Assembly (NCBI GenBank): GCA_036172245.1
Contig: JAYWIR010000002.1
Coordinates: 6,572,001 to 6,636,000 of the forward strand
DNA from: Raillietiella orientalis
Taxonomy: Eukaryota
Direction of reading: 5' to 3'
Length of the DNA: 64,000 bases
The position numbers and the translations under genes are program-made. Shown piece after piece: positions 49,901 through 61,300 of the stretch (the stretch's first letter is position 1; every line of letters starts with the position of its first letter). The notes below the pieces were generated by a model that was given only the letters and a program-made list of their open reading frames with translations, did not search any database and was not told the DNA's origin.

Positions 49901-52169
49901 ACCAGCTGGTGAGAGCGCGCGCGCACCCCCAAGGGTGGGACGACTGCCGCCGCTACCCTACTACCCCAGTCCCTGAGACTCCTCCGGGCGGCGGCGGAGG
50001 CCGAGAGGGAGAGACGCCCGCGGCAGCCTCCCTCTGGGCGTGACCTCTTCTCCTCCCGTCGCTCTTCCGTTTTTTCTTCCTTCTTCTCACCCTCCTCCTC
50101 CTCCCCTGGGAACTGCGTGCGCACCGGGAAAGCGGGAGAACGGGAAAGCGGCGGCGATGATGGATTTATTGGGATGCGCGGACTCGGCGGCCATAAAACA
50201 CCTGCCGTCCTGTGTGCGATGTCCGTTAGATGATCAGCCTCCGCCTGGACCACCGTGCGCTTTCCTCCGCCCTCACAGGGCGCGAGACGCTCGCGGCGGA
50301 ATCCAGCGGGAGCGTGTCCCTTGCGGCCCACCGCGGAAGGCAGCGGTGCGGAAGGGCGACGCCTCCGCGCGGACCCGCGCCTGGCCGCTCCAGGAGGTGC
50401 CTCGGTCAGCGTGGAGCCACATCCCTGCCGGCACGTCTTCCGCCTGCCACGTGCCGCCGGCGTCGCCCCCGGGGCTGCTCGTGCCACCCGCAGCCCCTTC
50501 CACGTGCTGCGGGCGTTCGATACCTCCACACCAACCCCGTTTAACGGACCCCTCTTCCTTCCTACCTCGCCCCGTACTGGCCAGAAGATTTTCTAGGCGG
50601 AAGCCGCCAAGGAGAGCGCTGGTCGGTTTCCAGGGCATCCCTGGATGCTCTCGTGGGAGGGCTTCCGGGAACGGAGACCCTTCCTCTCCCCCCCTCTTCC
50701 CCACACTCGGCGCCCGTGTTCCCAGGGGTCCAGCCGCTGATGCGTTGCCTTTCGCATTCCAGATCACCAAGCTGAAGATCGACAGCAACCCCTTCGCCAA
50801 GGGCTTCCGGGACTCCTCGCGGCTATCGGACTTTGAGAGGTAAGGCGTGCGTCTTCATCCCCTGAGTCGGCGAAATGGGTGGCGCCTCGTCCCTTGTCTT
50901 GCCCCCTTTCAACCCCACACCACGCCATGTCGCCACCCTCGCGTGCTTTTCTCCCTCACTTCCCCTTCTTTCTTTACGCCACCACCAGCAGCATCAGCAG
51001 CAGGGGAAGATCGAACCCCCCATCTCTTTTCCTTCCCAGCTTGCCTTTCCTCTACTCTCACCCCTACCCAACTTTTCCTCCCCTCGCCTGTCGGTCTGAT
51101 GAGGAGGAAGGAAAGACGACAGAATTTTTTTTTTTTTTGCGGCCTTCCCTTCGCCTTCCCAGGGAGCAGGGACGACGCGTTCCTGGTGGGACCAGCCATC
51201 TGTCTTCCCCGCGCGGTCACATGAGAGGTCGCATTGTTCCGCGTGACAATGCTCTGCCCCGTTGTCTTTTTTTCCCCGCTCCCCCTTCCTCTCCTGCTCT
51301 CTTCCTTTTCCTCCTCCTCCTTCCCCTCCCTCCGCCATGTCGTCGGAGCCGCCGTCATCGTCCCGGCCGCCTCGTCGTTTGGGGCGAAGCGCCAAGGCGA
51401 AAGGGCGGCTCTTCGTCCCGAGGGAAAAGAGGGGTTGGGAGGACGAGGAGGCGGGACAAGGCTTCTCATTCTCCTCCTCCTCCTCCTCGCATCCATCTCC
51501 TTCCTCCGCCGAAGACGGCGAAGGCGACGCCCGCGAGCCATCGGCACCACCGACTGCTCCTCCTGACGACCCCTCCTCCTCCTCAGGGACACGATGGACT
51601 CGCTGTTCCTGGACCGACACTACCAGCGGCAGCCGCTGCGCCCCGTCGGTGAGGCGGCGGCCGCGGCGGACGTCGAGCCCGACGCCCTGGCCGCCATCGA
51701 AAAGATGCAGCTGATGCGGGCGCAGCTGTCCTGGGGTGCCGCCCGACCTACCGCCGGCGGCGGCGGACACCATCCTAGTGCCGGAGGTGGTGGAGGAGGA
51801 GGGCCGGACGCGGCTTACGGACTGCCGTCCCACCTGACCCAAGTGTGTGCCCTCAGCAACTCGCGGCAGCTGCCCCTCACCCTGTCCGGTCACCTCTGGT
51901 CCCAGTGGACGGCGATGCAGAGCTTCAGCCAGCTGAGCTTCCTGACCGGCCTGGCCGCCTCCCAGCCCCAGGCCGCCGCCGCTGCCGCTGCTGCCGCCGC
52001 TGCTGTGTCCCTCAACTCGTCCTCCTCGGACCTGAAGTCCCCCAAGGCCGTCCTGCCGGCAGTGCACGCCCTTAACCTGCACCGCTACGCGCCGTACCTC
52101 GTCCCGCAGATCAAGGGCGGATCGCCCTTGTCCGCGGGCGACTTCCTCTCGGACCAGCCCAAGTCGTAG
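46708..52169 (+). CDS. Tbx20: T-box transcription factor, Tbx20/H15/midline subfamily; 6 coding exons join(46708..46900,48267..48648,49435..49708,49756..49908,50763..50839,51587..52169), ~553 aa, start codon uncertain
   Basis: Spliced translation gives eh1 ([10 protein letters not shown]) and a full T-box ([28 protein letters not shown]...[18 protein letters not shown]...[32 protein letters not shown]...[32 protein letters not shown]). All five introns are GT..AG with matching phases (1,2,0,0,2). Total 1662 nt = 554 codons including [19 protein letters not shown] and [17 protein letters not shown] are typical of Tbx20. Confidence 0.96.
48267..48648 (+). CDS. Tbx20: Tbx20 exon 2 (acidic linker and start of T-box)
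   Basis: Acceptor CCTTCCCTCCCGGCAG|; encodes [57 protein letters not shown]; donor AG|GTGGGT. Confidence 0.93.
49435..49708 (+). CDS. Tbx20: Tbx20 exon 3 (T-box core)
   Basis: Acceptor TCTCTGCTCCGCAG|; [10 protein letters not shown]...WLVAGKADP...[12 protein letters not shown]; donor CAG|GTGAGT. Confidence 0.97.
49756..49908 (+). CDS. Tbx20: Tbx20 exon 4 (T-box)
   Basis: Acceptor CTTCTCTCTCCGCAG|; [16 protein letters not shown]...[11 protein letters not shown]; donor CTG|GTGAGA. Confidence 0.97.
50763..50839 (+). CDS. Tbx20: Tbx20 exon 5 (end of T-box)
   Basis: Acceptor TTTCGCATTCCAG|; [25 protein letters not shown]; donor AG|GTAAGG. Confidence 0.97.
51587..52169 (+). CDS. Tbx20: Tbx20 exon 6 (C-terminal domain, poly-Gly/poly-Ala, RYAPY motif)
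   Basis: Branch-like CTGAC near 51563, acceptor CCTCCTCCTCCTCAG|; the phase-2 join gives ...[15 protein letters not shown]..., resembling the segment after the T-box in Tbx20 proteins; GC3-rich codons; TAG at 52167-52169. Confidence 0.9.
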
Positions 52170-52447
52170 GAACCGACGACTCTCCTTGGTCCTCGTGCCC
52201 GACGCCTCCAGCATCACCGCCCTCATCCCTTGCCCCGACCCTCCAGGCTCCTTGGCCACACGGAAGTGCAATAGGACCGCGTGCGTACGCGCTTTGGGGC
52301 GGTGACAGCCGACCCCCTCCCCTCCTTCCCTTCCCTCTGGTCATCCCCTGCCGCGGTCCCGGAGAGAGGAAGACTGCAAGAAGAGTGGCAGGCGGGAGAA
52401 GAGGAGAAGAATGGGAAGGGAGGGGGAGGGGGAGAGAAAAACACGGG

Positions 52448-52453
52448 AATAAA
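52448..52453 (+). promoter_or_regulatory. Polyadenylation signal of Tbx20
   Basis: AATAAA ~280 nt after the stop codon, followed by a T-run and TTGTGGTTT (U/GU-rich downstream element). Confidence 0.6.
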
Positions 52454-54427
52454 CTCGTTTTTTTTTTTTTCTCTCTCTCCTTGTGGTTTCCGCTCCTGCT
52501 GGATGAGGCCGGCCAGTGGGCCTTCTTCCCCTCTCAGTCCCCTACTTCATCCCCAGTCTCCTCTGAGATGCTGTCCTCGAGCTCGCGGGCCAGGAGAGCC
52601 CCTTCGTAGGAGCAGACCAGGGAATGGAGGGGAGCCATGCCGCTGCATCTTCCGGGGGCCTCACTCGCCCGGGCAAAGAGAGCGGCGTCCTTCCCTCCCC
52701 TCCTTCCCTCATTTTTCCAGGTGGCACGTCGCTGACGGAGGCATTCCCGCGATTCCCATCATGTCGCGGCCCCATCAAAGGAAAGTTGGGTGGTTTGGGG
52801 GCGAAAGTGGATCTGGGAGGAAGGACCCGGGAGGCAGGCAGGACCCCCGTAGCACCTCCCAACGACTTTCTTTCTCGTCGCTTTCCCCAGCCGGGTGTCC
52901 GCTTCTGGAGGTCCGGTACCTTCCGGAAAGGGTGCGGAGGTTCCCGGGCGGGGAGTCCCGACCACTCCGACCGGGCGCTCGCTGGGGAGGCGCGTCGGTC
53001 CGAACCCCTCCTGTGGCTCCCTCTTCAACGCAAGGGGAGGCATCCGGACGGCCGCCGGCCGCCGCCCGAGGGTACAGAGAAGCCCTCCACCTTCAGGTAG
53101 GGCGCGTTCCCGAACGGGTCACTGGGAAGGGAGGCCCACCACGACGGTCGTGCATGGAAGGGCGCCCGCCTACTCCGTTTCCCCCTTATTCCCTCCCTCG
53201 TTCCCGCTCGCTTCCTCCTTTTCCTCCCCTCTCCCCTTCGCCTCTCTCCCTCCTCTTCCCCTTCTCGTTATCCCGTGGAGGGAGGAGGAGCTCTGGGGAA
53301 AGGCGCCTCATCCATCTTCGCCCGCGTCCCCGGTGTTCCGCGCGCGCGCGTCGTCGTCCCCGGATGGGTCAGCGGAAGTTTCCGCCAATGGGAAAGGCGG
53401 CTCCCCACCGCCGAAGCACCGACCCCACGCGCGCGACAGAGCCTGGTGGAGGAGCGGGAAGAGAACGCTCCCGCCGCTCTCGCGAGCATCCGGGCCTCGG
53501 ACGCGCGAGGCGGGCGGGGCAGAGACGGCAGCTTATCGATTCGGGGGCTGCTGCGGCTGAGGTCGTCCTCTCGGGAGGGAGCAGACCAGCAGCCACTCCT
53601 CGCAACGGCAGCTGGCAGCGGCGAACGAATCTAAGATGGACGCCGGTGGCGAAGGCAGCGCTGCCTGCAGGCGTCTTTGGCCCTGCCGGTCGCGCGCGTG
53701 GCCCGCCCCTCCGCGGAGGCCACGGCCGCGTTCAGAGAGACCTGCGTTCCCTGAGGTGGTTCTGCCTGACACCCGCGGGTGGCGGGAGGGGGGGAGGGGG
53801 GAGAACGCGACTCTTTTCCCTCACTCCACGGCCCCGGAGCAGAGGTCTCCAGGGTTCGGACGTGCGCGCGCGCGCGCACTCCCTCGGACGTCCGGCTTGA
53901 GCGCGCGCGCCGCTCGCCCGCAAGCAGCCCCGCCGCGCGCGCTTCCCTCGCCTCCGCTCTCCCCCGCGTCCCGCGCTTCCCGCTCGCGCCAGCCCACCCA
54001 AAAGCGCATTTTCAGCTTGTTGCCCGGAGAGTCCATATTTCTTCGCTCCTCGGCTGTCAGGGCGGGACGCTCCTCGCGACACGGTGGACGGGCCTCGTCC
54101 TTCCCCCTCCCCCTCCGCCTGACGGGTGAGGTGATGCATGGAGAGATACGGCGCTCTCAGCATCCCGCCGAGGTTTGTCAGTACGGGCGCCATAAATCAC
54201 GGTCAATGTTTCAAAACTTGGCCGTCAGACAATCGTATCGATTACCTGGGTCCCCACGAGCGCGACAATGGCCCTTGTTGGCACAGCGACGCTGCCGCCC
54301 GCCGCGGCTATTAACGGGCAGGCCATTTGTACCGGGACCGCGCTCCCCCTCCCGGGGGGAGGCTGTCGCCTGCCCCCTTTCCAGCTGCCCCCCTCACCCT
54401 CGCTGCGCCAGCCCACCTTCCACCACC

Positions 54428-54430
<3 letters not shown>

Positions 54431-54460
<30 letters not shown>
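54431..54460. repeat. (CT)15 microsatellite
   Basis: Perfect CT dinucleotide run. Confidence 0.95.
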
Positions 54461-54463
<3 letters not shown>

Positions 54464-54919
54464 TCGTCTCAGCATCTCAAGCCTCCTCGGCACGATGCTG
54501 GCAGCCCGGCCCAACCCGCCTACCCAACTTCCCTCCGCTACCGCTTTGTTTTCCTCTTCGCACATCTCCCCATTTTCACCTGTCATCCGCGCGAATCGTC
54601 ACTCCCGCTCTCTTGAGCTCGGGAAGGAGAGAGGGGGAGCAACGAGGAGGGGGATGAATGGCCCGCCGACGGGGTGGGCAGAGAGAAGAAGTAGAAAAGA
54701 TGGTGCTGCATCCGATCCGTGCAGGAAGGCGGCTGACAGCCGCCGGCGAATTCCGGGGCGGGAGAGCGGCGACTAGCCCTGCCCGATCAGCGACCGACGA
54801 TCACCGAGCGGTCGTCTCCACGGAAACGAGCAGGGGGTCCGTCTGCCTCCCGTTCTTTCGGACCTCCGCTTCCTTCCTGCCCGTTTCTGAGGACGAAAGA
54901 AGCGGACAAATTCCGCGCA

Positions 54920-55398
54920 TTCTTCTTCCTCCTCCTTTCTTCTGTCTCCACCGTTCCTCCCCCCACCTCATTCCTACTTCTTTCCACCTTCTCTTCCTCT
55001 TCCTTCCATTCTTTTCTTCTTCTTCGCCCTTCATTCCTCCTCCTTCTCCATTCCTCCTTTTCTTCCTTTTTTTTTTTTCTTCTCCTCCTCTTTTCCTCCT
55101 TTCCCTCCCTTCCTTCATACCTCCTTTTCTTCTTTTCCTTCTTTTCCATTCCATCTCCTTCTACTACTTTATTCCACATTTCTTCCTTCTTCTCCTTCCT
55201 TATTCCTACTCCACTCTTTTTCCTTCTCTTCCTCCCATCCTCCTCCTCCTCTCTTTCTCCACCTTTTCAATTCCTTCTCCCTTCCTTCTCCTTCTCCTCA
55301 GTCCCGTTTCCTCCTTCCCCTTTTCCTCCATAACGCTTCCCTGTGCCTCATTCCTCCTTGTCCTCCTTCTCTCTTTCCACCTCCTCCCCTCCTCCTCT
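54920..55398 (+). repeat. Polypyrimidine (CCT/CTT-rich) low-complexity tract
   Basis: ~480 bp strongly C/T-rich on the + strand with scattered A. Confidence 0.9.
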
Positions 55399-58339
55399 CG
55401 TATCCCAGATCCGTATATGCTGCGTGCACATCCGCGCATGTAGAAGCAGGGAGCGTTGTCCTTCTCCGACTTCTCTTTCTCTCTGGGAAATATTTTTATC
55501 CCGTTTCGCTCCGGTGGCCTCCAGAGGAGTGGAGGAGGCGCGTCTGACGGGAGGCGCGCAGGGCGGCGAGGAAGGGAGGCATTTCCCCCGTTCCCCCCTC
55601 TGCTCTGGAAACTACGCCGGGCTTCTCTTTGGAAACGAGGTGGGCAGGATTTCCGTAGGTGCCTCGCGCACGCATGGCCGTTGCTGCGGTCGCGGTGCGA
55701 GAGGAACCGCCCACGGGAAGCGCTCCCGTGCACCGTCTCTTACAGCGGACAGGACGCGCCCGTGCGTCCGGGCTCTCCCGGCAAGATTTCCATTTTTCAT
55801 CACTTTGCCTTACCTCCCCCTTCCTTCTCCTTTCCTTCTCTCATGGCTTCCAGAGAGGAATCCGTCCAGGCGGCGGCAGCTGCCCCTCGCGGCTATCGGC
55901 ACCGGAGCGCGCGCCATCTTGCAAGGGAGACCCTTTCCTTCCGGAAGCGGGTGAAGGGAAGGGGCGCGGTGGGAAGAAAGAAGAAAGGACAACGACAAAG
56001 AAGAAAAACAAAAAAAAAAGACAGGAACAGCTCGTCCGTCATTCCTGTTGATTAACCCGATCTTCTTTGGAGGGAGAGCGCCACCGCGCGGTCCAAAGGC
56101 GCTCCCTGGAAACGCCCATGTCCGGGAGAGAAGGCAGAATGTTGGCCACGCCGCTCGCCGCTGGAGGGAGGGCAAAAGGGAATGACGTGGGGGATGGAGA
56201 GGAGGCCCACTTCTTGAGCGTGTCCTCCTCCCTTGCCCTTTTTTCTCCTCCCTTGCCCTTTTTTCTCCTCCCGCGCCCTTTCACGAGTCTCCTGATGGTC
56301 CCCTCCGGCGCTCCTGGACTGAGGCCGCGGGTGAGGTAGTGGCAGAAAGGGAAGGGGAAGCGCGTTGGCGGGATTCGCCTCCCAGCCGCCTCCATTCATC
56401 TCCCGCTCCGCGGAAGATGGCCGCCTACGTCGCCGGAGCGTTGTTTTCGCCACCACCCTCCCTCCCTCCCCTCCCCCCTGGTGCCTCCTTTCTCTTCCTC
56501 GTCACTCCTTTTTACGAGCGCATGGGTCTGCTTAAATGTTGTGTCTGTTTTTATGCTCTTTTAACAAAGGTGCGTGGGGCTCTTTACGGCTTGCGACGCC
56601 ATAAAGATTGCGCGGCGTCCGGCCCTCCCCCGCCACCATCCTTTCCTCCTCCCCCCGGAGACCCACGTGTGGGGCCAGCGTCTTTACGAGCCATACGTCA
56701 AGGTGAGGACAAGTCGTAAACGGGGGATTAATTGAAATGTATCCTCCGGAGCCGGGCCTCCAGAGCTCCAACAAGAGCCTCGCACTGAGAACCGAGTGGG
56801 AAAGGCGCCGGCCGGAAACCGAGCGACCTCCTCCTCCTCGCCCCGCGACGAGGGTCGTCACGCCAGCGCCAGCTCCAGGCGGACACGCACTCTTAGTGGC
56901 GCGCGGCATGGCGGAGGCAGCAGCCTCGTCGCCGTCGCGACGCTGGACCGCGCGCATTGCTCCTCCGACTGGAAGGCCGCGAGCGCGGAATCCTCTCCGC
57001 CTCTGCTACTGCATCACCCGCTATCCCTGCGAGAAGGGAGAGTTGTGGCGCCTCTCTCTGGTCCGTTTTGCTGGCCCGGTCTTCGACTTGGTCGGCGCTG
57101 CGGGAGCCACTCAGGACGGCAGGAAGCCTTCCAGGGAGGCGCTGCATCCTGAAGCCAGAGGCAGCGGAAAAGCATCCACTCTCTCTCCCCGTTCCTGATC
57201 TTTCCTTCCTGGCGCTCCTTTTGCAGTCCAACCGGGCAGGAAGTGGGCGGGGAAGTTCCAACGCTGGCGCACGCGAGCGCCGCTGCTGTGGAGCGCCTTT
57301 TTGTTTATCAGCGTCTTTTCCGCGTAAGAAAAGTGTTGACGGATGGAGGAGAAGCGTGAAATGAAGCTCATTGCTACTCCTTCCGTCTCTTCCCTTCCTC
57401 CTTCCTCCATTCCTTGTCCTCCTTCTTTCCTCCTCTTCTTCTCTTCATCCTCTATTCCTCCTCCTCCCCTCCCTTCCCCTTCATGACTTGCTCCTTCTCG
57501 GACTGCTTCCAGTCAGATGTCCCGCTCGGTTGGCAGAGGTCTTCGTGTACCGCTGTTCCCTTGCGCGCAGGCGAGTCAGTAAGAGCAGCTGAAATTTCGC
57601 GTTACTCCAGGAGAGAGCCAATCCCAGGAGCCAGTGGAGGAGAAAGCTCTGCCCACGTTCCTTCCTTCCTTTCTTTTTTTCCTCCTCTCTCCGCCCCTTT
57701 TCCATTCCTTTCATCCTCCCCCTTCTTTTTTTTTTCTTTTTGCCTTGCTCTTCTCCACGTGGAGCTGGGACGTGCATCCCATCTCTCCCGTGCCTCTGGC
57801 AGGAAGCCAAGCCGACCCGGAAGATGGCGTCCGCATCCCTCCTGACACTCTCTTCTGGCTCCCTGCCTCATCGCTGCTCCTCCCTCTTCTGCCTCCTCCT
57901 TTTATGCGCTTCTTCGCTTTCCCGAGCATTTCGCTCCTCCTTTTTCCTTCCGGGAAGAGGGTGCTGCGCCGGTCGGAGCGCCTCCGGGCAAATGGCGCTT
58001 CCCCTCGCGCGCGCGACCGGCCCTTTCCCGCTCGTCTGAGGAAGGTAAGAGGGGAGAAAGAGGGAGAAAAGAGGAAGAAAAACGTGGCGTCCCGCTTCCT
58101 CCTCCTCGTCGTTCTCTTTCGTAGGCGAGGCCTGGATTTCGCGGGCGAAGCCGCGATCCCTGCGAACGTGGCACCCGCCGGCGAGCTGTGTAAGGGGGGG
58201 GGGAGGGGATGGCCTGGCCGGAAGCCCCGGAGGCGGACCGCCTCCTACGCAGTCAGACAATGGAAAGAGAGCTGCGCGCGCACGTTATCCGTCCAGTGCT
58301 TGGCCTTTCCGGAGAAAGCGGGCGAGGAAGGGAGGAGGG

Positions 58340-58460
58340 GGGGGGGATGAAATGGAAGGAAAAAAAAAAAAAAAAAAACGGAAAGAAAGAAAGAAAAGAA
58401 AAAAAGGAGAGGAGGAGGAGGAGGAGGGAGAGGAAGGGAGGGGGAGGAGGTGGAAGAAGA
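58340..58460 (+). repeat. Polypurine tract (A-run, AAAG and GGA repeats)
   Basis: Directly visible purine-rich low-complexity sequence. Confidence 0.85.
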
Positions 58461-60329
58461 CCCAGCTGGGCGAAGCAGAGGCGGCGGCCATGAATCATCC
58501 ATTCAGCGCACTCCTCTTTTGTCCGGCGCGAAGGCTGTGCGCCTTCCCTGAAAGCCGGAGGCGAGGCTGCGCGCAGTGACGAGGCCTCGGAGGTGAAAGC
58601 AGAGGCCCACGAGAACGGCGGGGTCGAAAGTTGTCACCTCAGAGACGCCGACCCGCCGCGGAGGCAGGGGTGACTCGGCTCGGAAATTGCCCCCTCCCCC
58701 CTTTCCCCCCTTTCTCTCCCCCCTTTACCTTCACTGCCCAGGCCGAGCGCTCCTGGCTCATCCCCGAGCGGCGTGCGAAGCGAAACGGATGATGTGGTGA
58801 CAGGGCTCGTCCGCTGGCAACAAAAGCCCCGCTCCTCCCGAGGCGGAGGGAGAGGGGGGGAGGGGGCGCGCCTTTGATCCGGTGGCGCGGGGCCCCACAA
58901 TGACTGTTTTGACATCGGCTCCTCCCGTGAATGGTCGCCGCGACTCCTCCAAAAAGTCACAAAAGGGGGACCTCCTTCTCGCGTTGGGGCGGTGTAGGGA
59001 ACTCCTCGGGCGCGCGGATCACGAGAGACCGGTAGGGAGGGCGCTTCTGCCGCCCCCTCGCTTCCCCTTTCCCTCCCCCCTTCAGCCCCAGCCAGGAAAT
59101 CCCACCTCTCGGATGGGACCTCGCTCGCTGTGCCGGAGGAAGGACGGAGGCAACGCTGCCTCCTCTCTCCCCCTACTCCTTCCGCCCAAGAGGAGGCTGG
59201 GCGAAGGGAGATGAAGGGCGCGGTCGACGGCGGTCCGACACCTAAGGTGGGCAGCGAGCAGCTGGGAAGGAACCTTCTCCAGCATCTCCTTCAGCATCCC
59301 GCGGCGTGGCTGTCCGGTGGTGGACGCAGGTGAACGCCACCTGCAAGCGCGTCTCACGTTCTCACCCTCCCCTTCTTCCTCGTTTCTCCACGGGAAGGAC
59401 GGGAAGAGGGAGATGGTGGGTCGCTGCACGCGCCCACTCTCTCCTGGAGGACTCTGCGGCGGCGCTCCTGCCGACGGATTTCCCAAATTGACCCGGCATG
59501 CGCTGCCTCCCTGCGCGAGTGGCAAAAAAAAGAAAAGGGGGAGAGGCAGCGAAGGAGGGAGGAGGGAGACTTGGAGGGAGAGAGAGGATGCTGATTGATT
59601 TAATGAAAGATCCGCAATCACGAGGGAACGCGATGGCCGTCTGGAATTTATGGGGGAGGCGGCGCAAGCCACCCTCCCGGATGACGAGGGGCGAGCGTTA
59701 ACAGCACACGCACACGCACGGGAAGTAGGGAGGTGGGGAGGCGGAGGAAGGGGAGGGGCGCCTCGGAGGGAGCGAAAGGAAGAACTGCCATCCAATTTCC
59801 GGAGCGGAACTTCCCAGGTGCCGGCGCCGAAACTCGGACTCAGGGGGCGCGAAAGGATGGGCCCCGGGCGGGGGAAGGAAGTCGTCGGGACGGCGGGAGA
59901 GGGATGAGGGAGAGCGAGAAGGCTGTCAGCGAGAGGGAGCACGCGGAGACGGCGCTTCCTCCTGCCCGCAAAAACGGGGGGCCGTGCAGGGACCGGAGAG
60001 GCCTTCCCGGCTTCCGGGAGCGAGAGCGTTCCCCTCCCTCCGACCACAGGGTTCCAGGAACGTTCTCCTCCTGGAACGCTGTGGTCGGCAGGAGAACGCG
60101 ACCACCACATGGGAAGGGCCACACACGTGGCAGGGAGCCGCGACGACGGTGGCGGTGGGCCGTCCCGGAAGAAGCCTCTGTTCAGTCGGGAGCCGGAACA
60201 TCTTTCCGTCCAGAGGGCGCAGACGCATCCAGGAGGAAGAGGACGCTGAGGCAGATGAGTCCTCTCGATCCTGAGGGAGAGGGCCACTCCTCCAGCCTCC
60301 CTGAAGTTCCTTTGGAAAGAGCCACCTCC

Positions 60330-61300
60330 TTCCGTGAAGGAAGGACTCCTGCTGGAAGATTTCTCCTCTTGGGAAGAGCACTTCCCGCGGATGACCTTTC
60401 TCCTTCCAGGTCGTCCCTTCCGCCCGCGCCGAGCGGGAGCAGATGCTCGCAGCTAATTAGGGCGGGAATGCCGTTCCCGGGGAAAGCAGGGAGGATCCGC
60501 TCACCGCGCACTGGTGGCACGCCCGCTGATTGATCCCCTGCCCGTGAAAGGGGAGAGCGGGCGGCCTTACTGAGCGCCGGAACGCGGGCTCGTCGCACGC
60601 GCTCTCTCCCGAGTGCAATCCTGCGGCGGTGTCCTGCTCCCGGGCGTCTGCGAGCGATGTTCGGGCGGAGCAGCTCGGAGGCCCTTCCGCAGAGCAGAAA
60701 AAGCCGGGAGCCGCGCGCCGGAGCCTGGTCCGCGGGGTAGCATCCGGCCCTACGCCTTCGTGATGAAATGCCTTTAAGGAAGGCACCTCCCCGATGCGAC
60801 GGTCCCCTCCCGGCAACCGCTGGCGTCCGGGGACCCGCTGTCAGGCACGAAGAAAAGGACGGGGCCTCGGGTTGTTCTGGGAAGCGGGGGGTCCTCGGCA
60901 GTTCCCCCTTACTCGCTCCGAGGATGCCTTCCTGGATGGTCCGCTGACGCGGTGGCTCCTCCCGTCCGGTTCCCGAAAGAGCACGCGCGTGGCTGGCCAA
61001 GGCCCTGTTTACCCCCTCGTTGTACGCGCTGACCGTCGGTCAGGCCCTCTAGCACCGAAGAAGGAAGACGCCGGGAGTTCCGGAGCCTCCGTGCCGGACT
61101 TTGGGACGCTGAGGGAATCTCCAGTTGCAACTGGGAGGAGTGGAGGAAAGGAGGTTCATCCCGGGCGCCGCTGAAGCAGCAGCGGACCACGGATGTCTCC
61201 CCCATCCCTTCTGGAGCGAAAGCACACGAAGGACGACGAACGGGTACTTCCATTTCCCCTATTTTTAGAGGAAAGGAAAGGAAGGGGAGGAATTCAAAAC
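60330..61300 (+). mobile_element. Decayed L1/Tx1-like RT fragment
   Basis: LGRALPADDL (cf. GKAPGxDGL), QG.PV / PSLYALTV across a frameshift (~61000-61040; cf. QGCPLSPxLYxL), HTKDD (cf. YADD). Confidence 0.35.

Noticed and set aside
51336..51714. ATG in CCGCC-ATG context within intron 5 opening a ~125-aa frame
   Set aside because: Out of frame with exon 6, Ser/Pro low-complexity, no promoter evidence.
50994..52271. 425-aa antisense ORF overlapping exon 6
   Set aside because: Expected shadow of a GC3-rich coding exon plus low-complexity intron; no recognisable domain.
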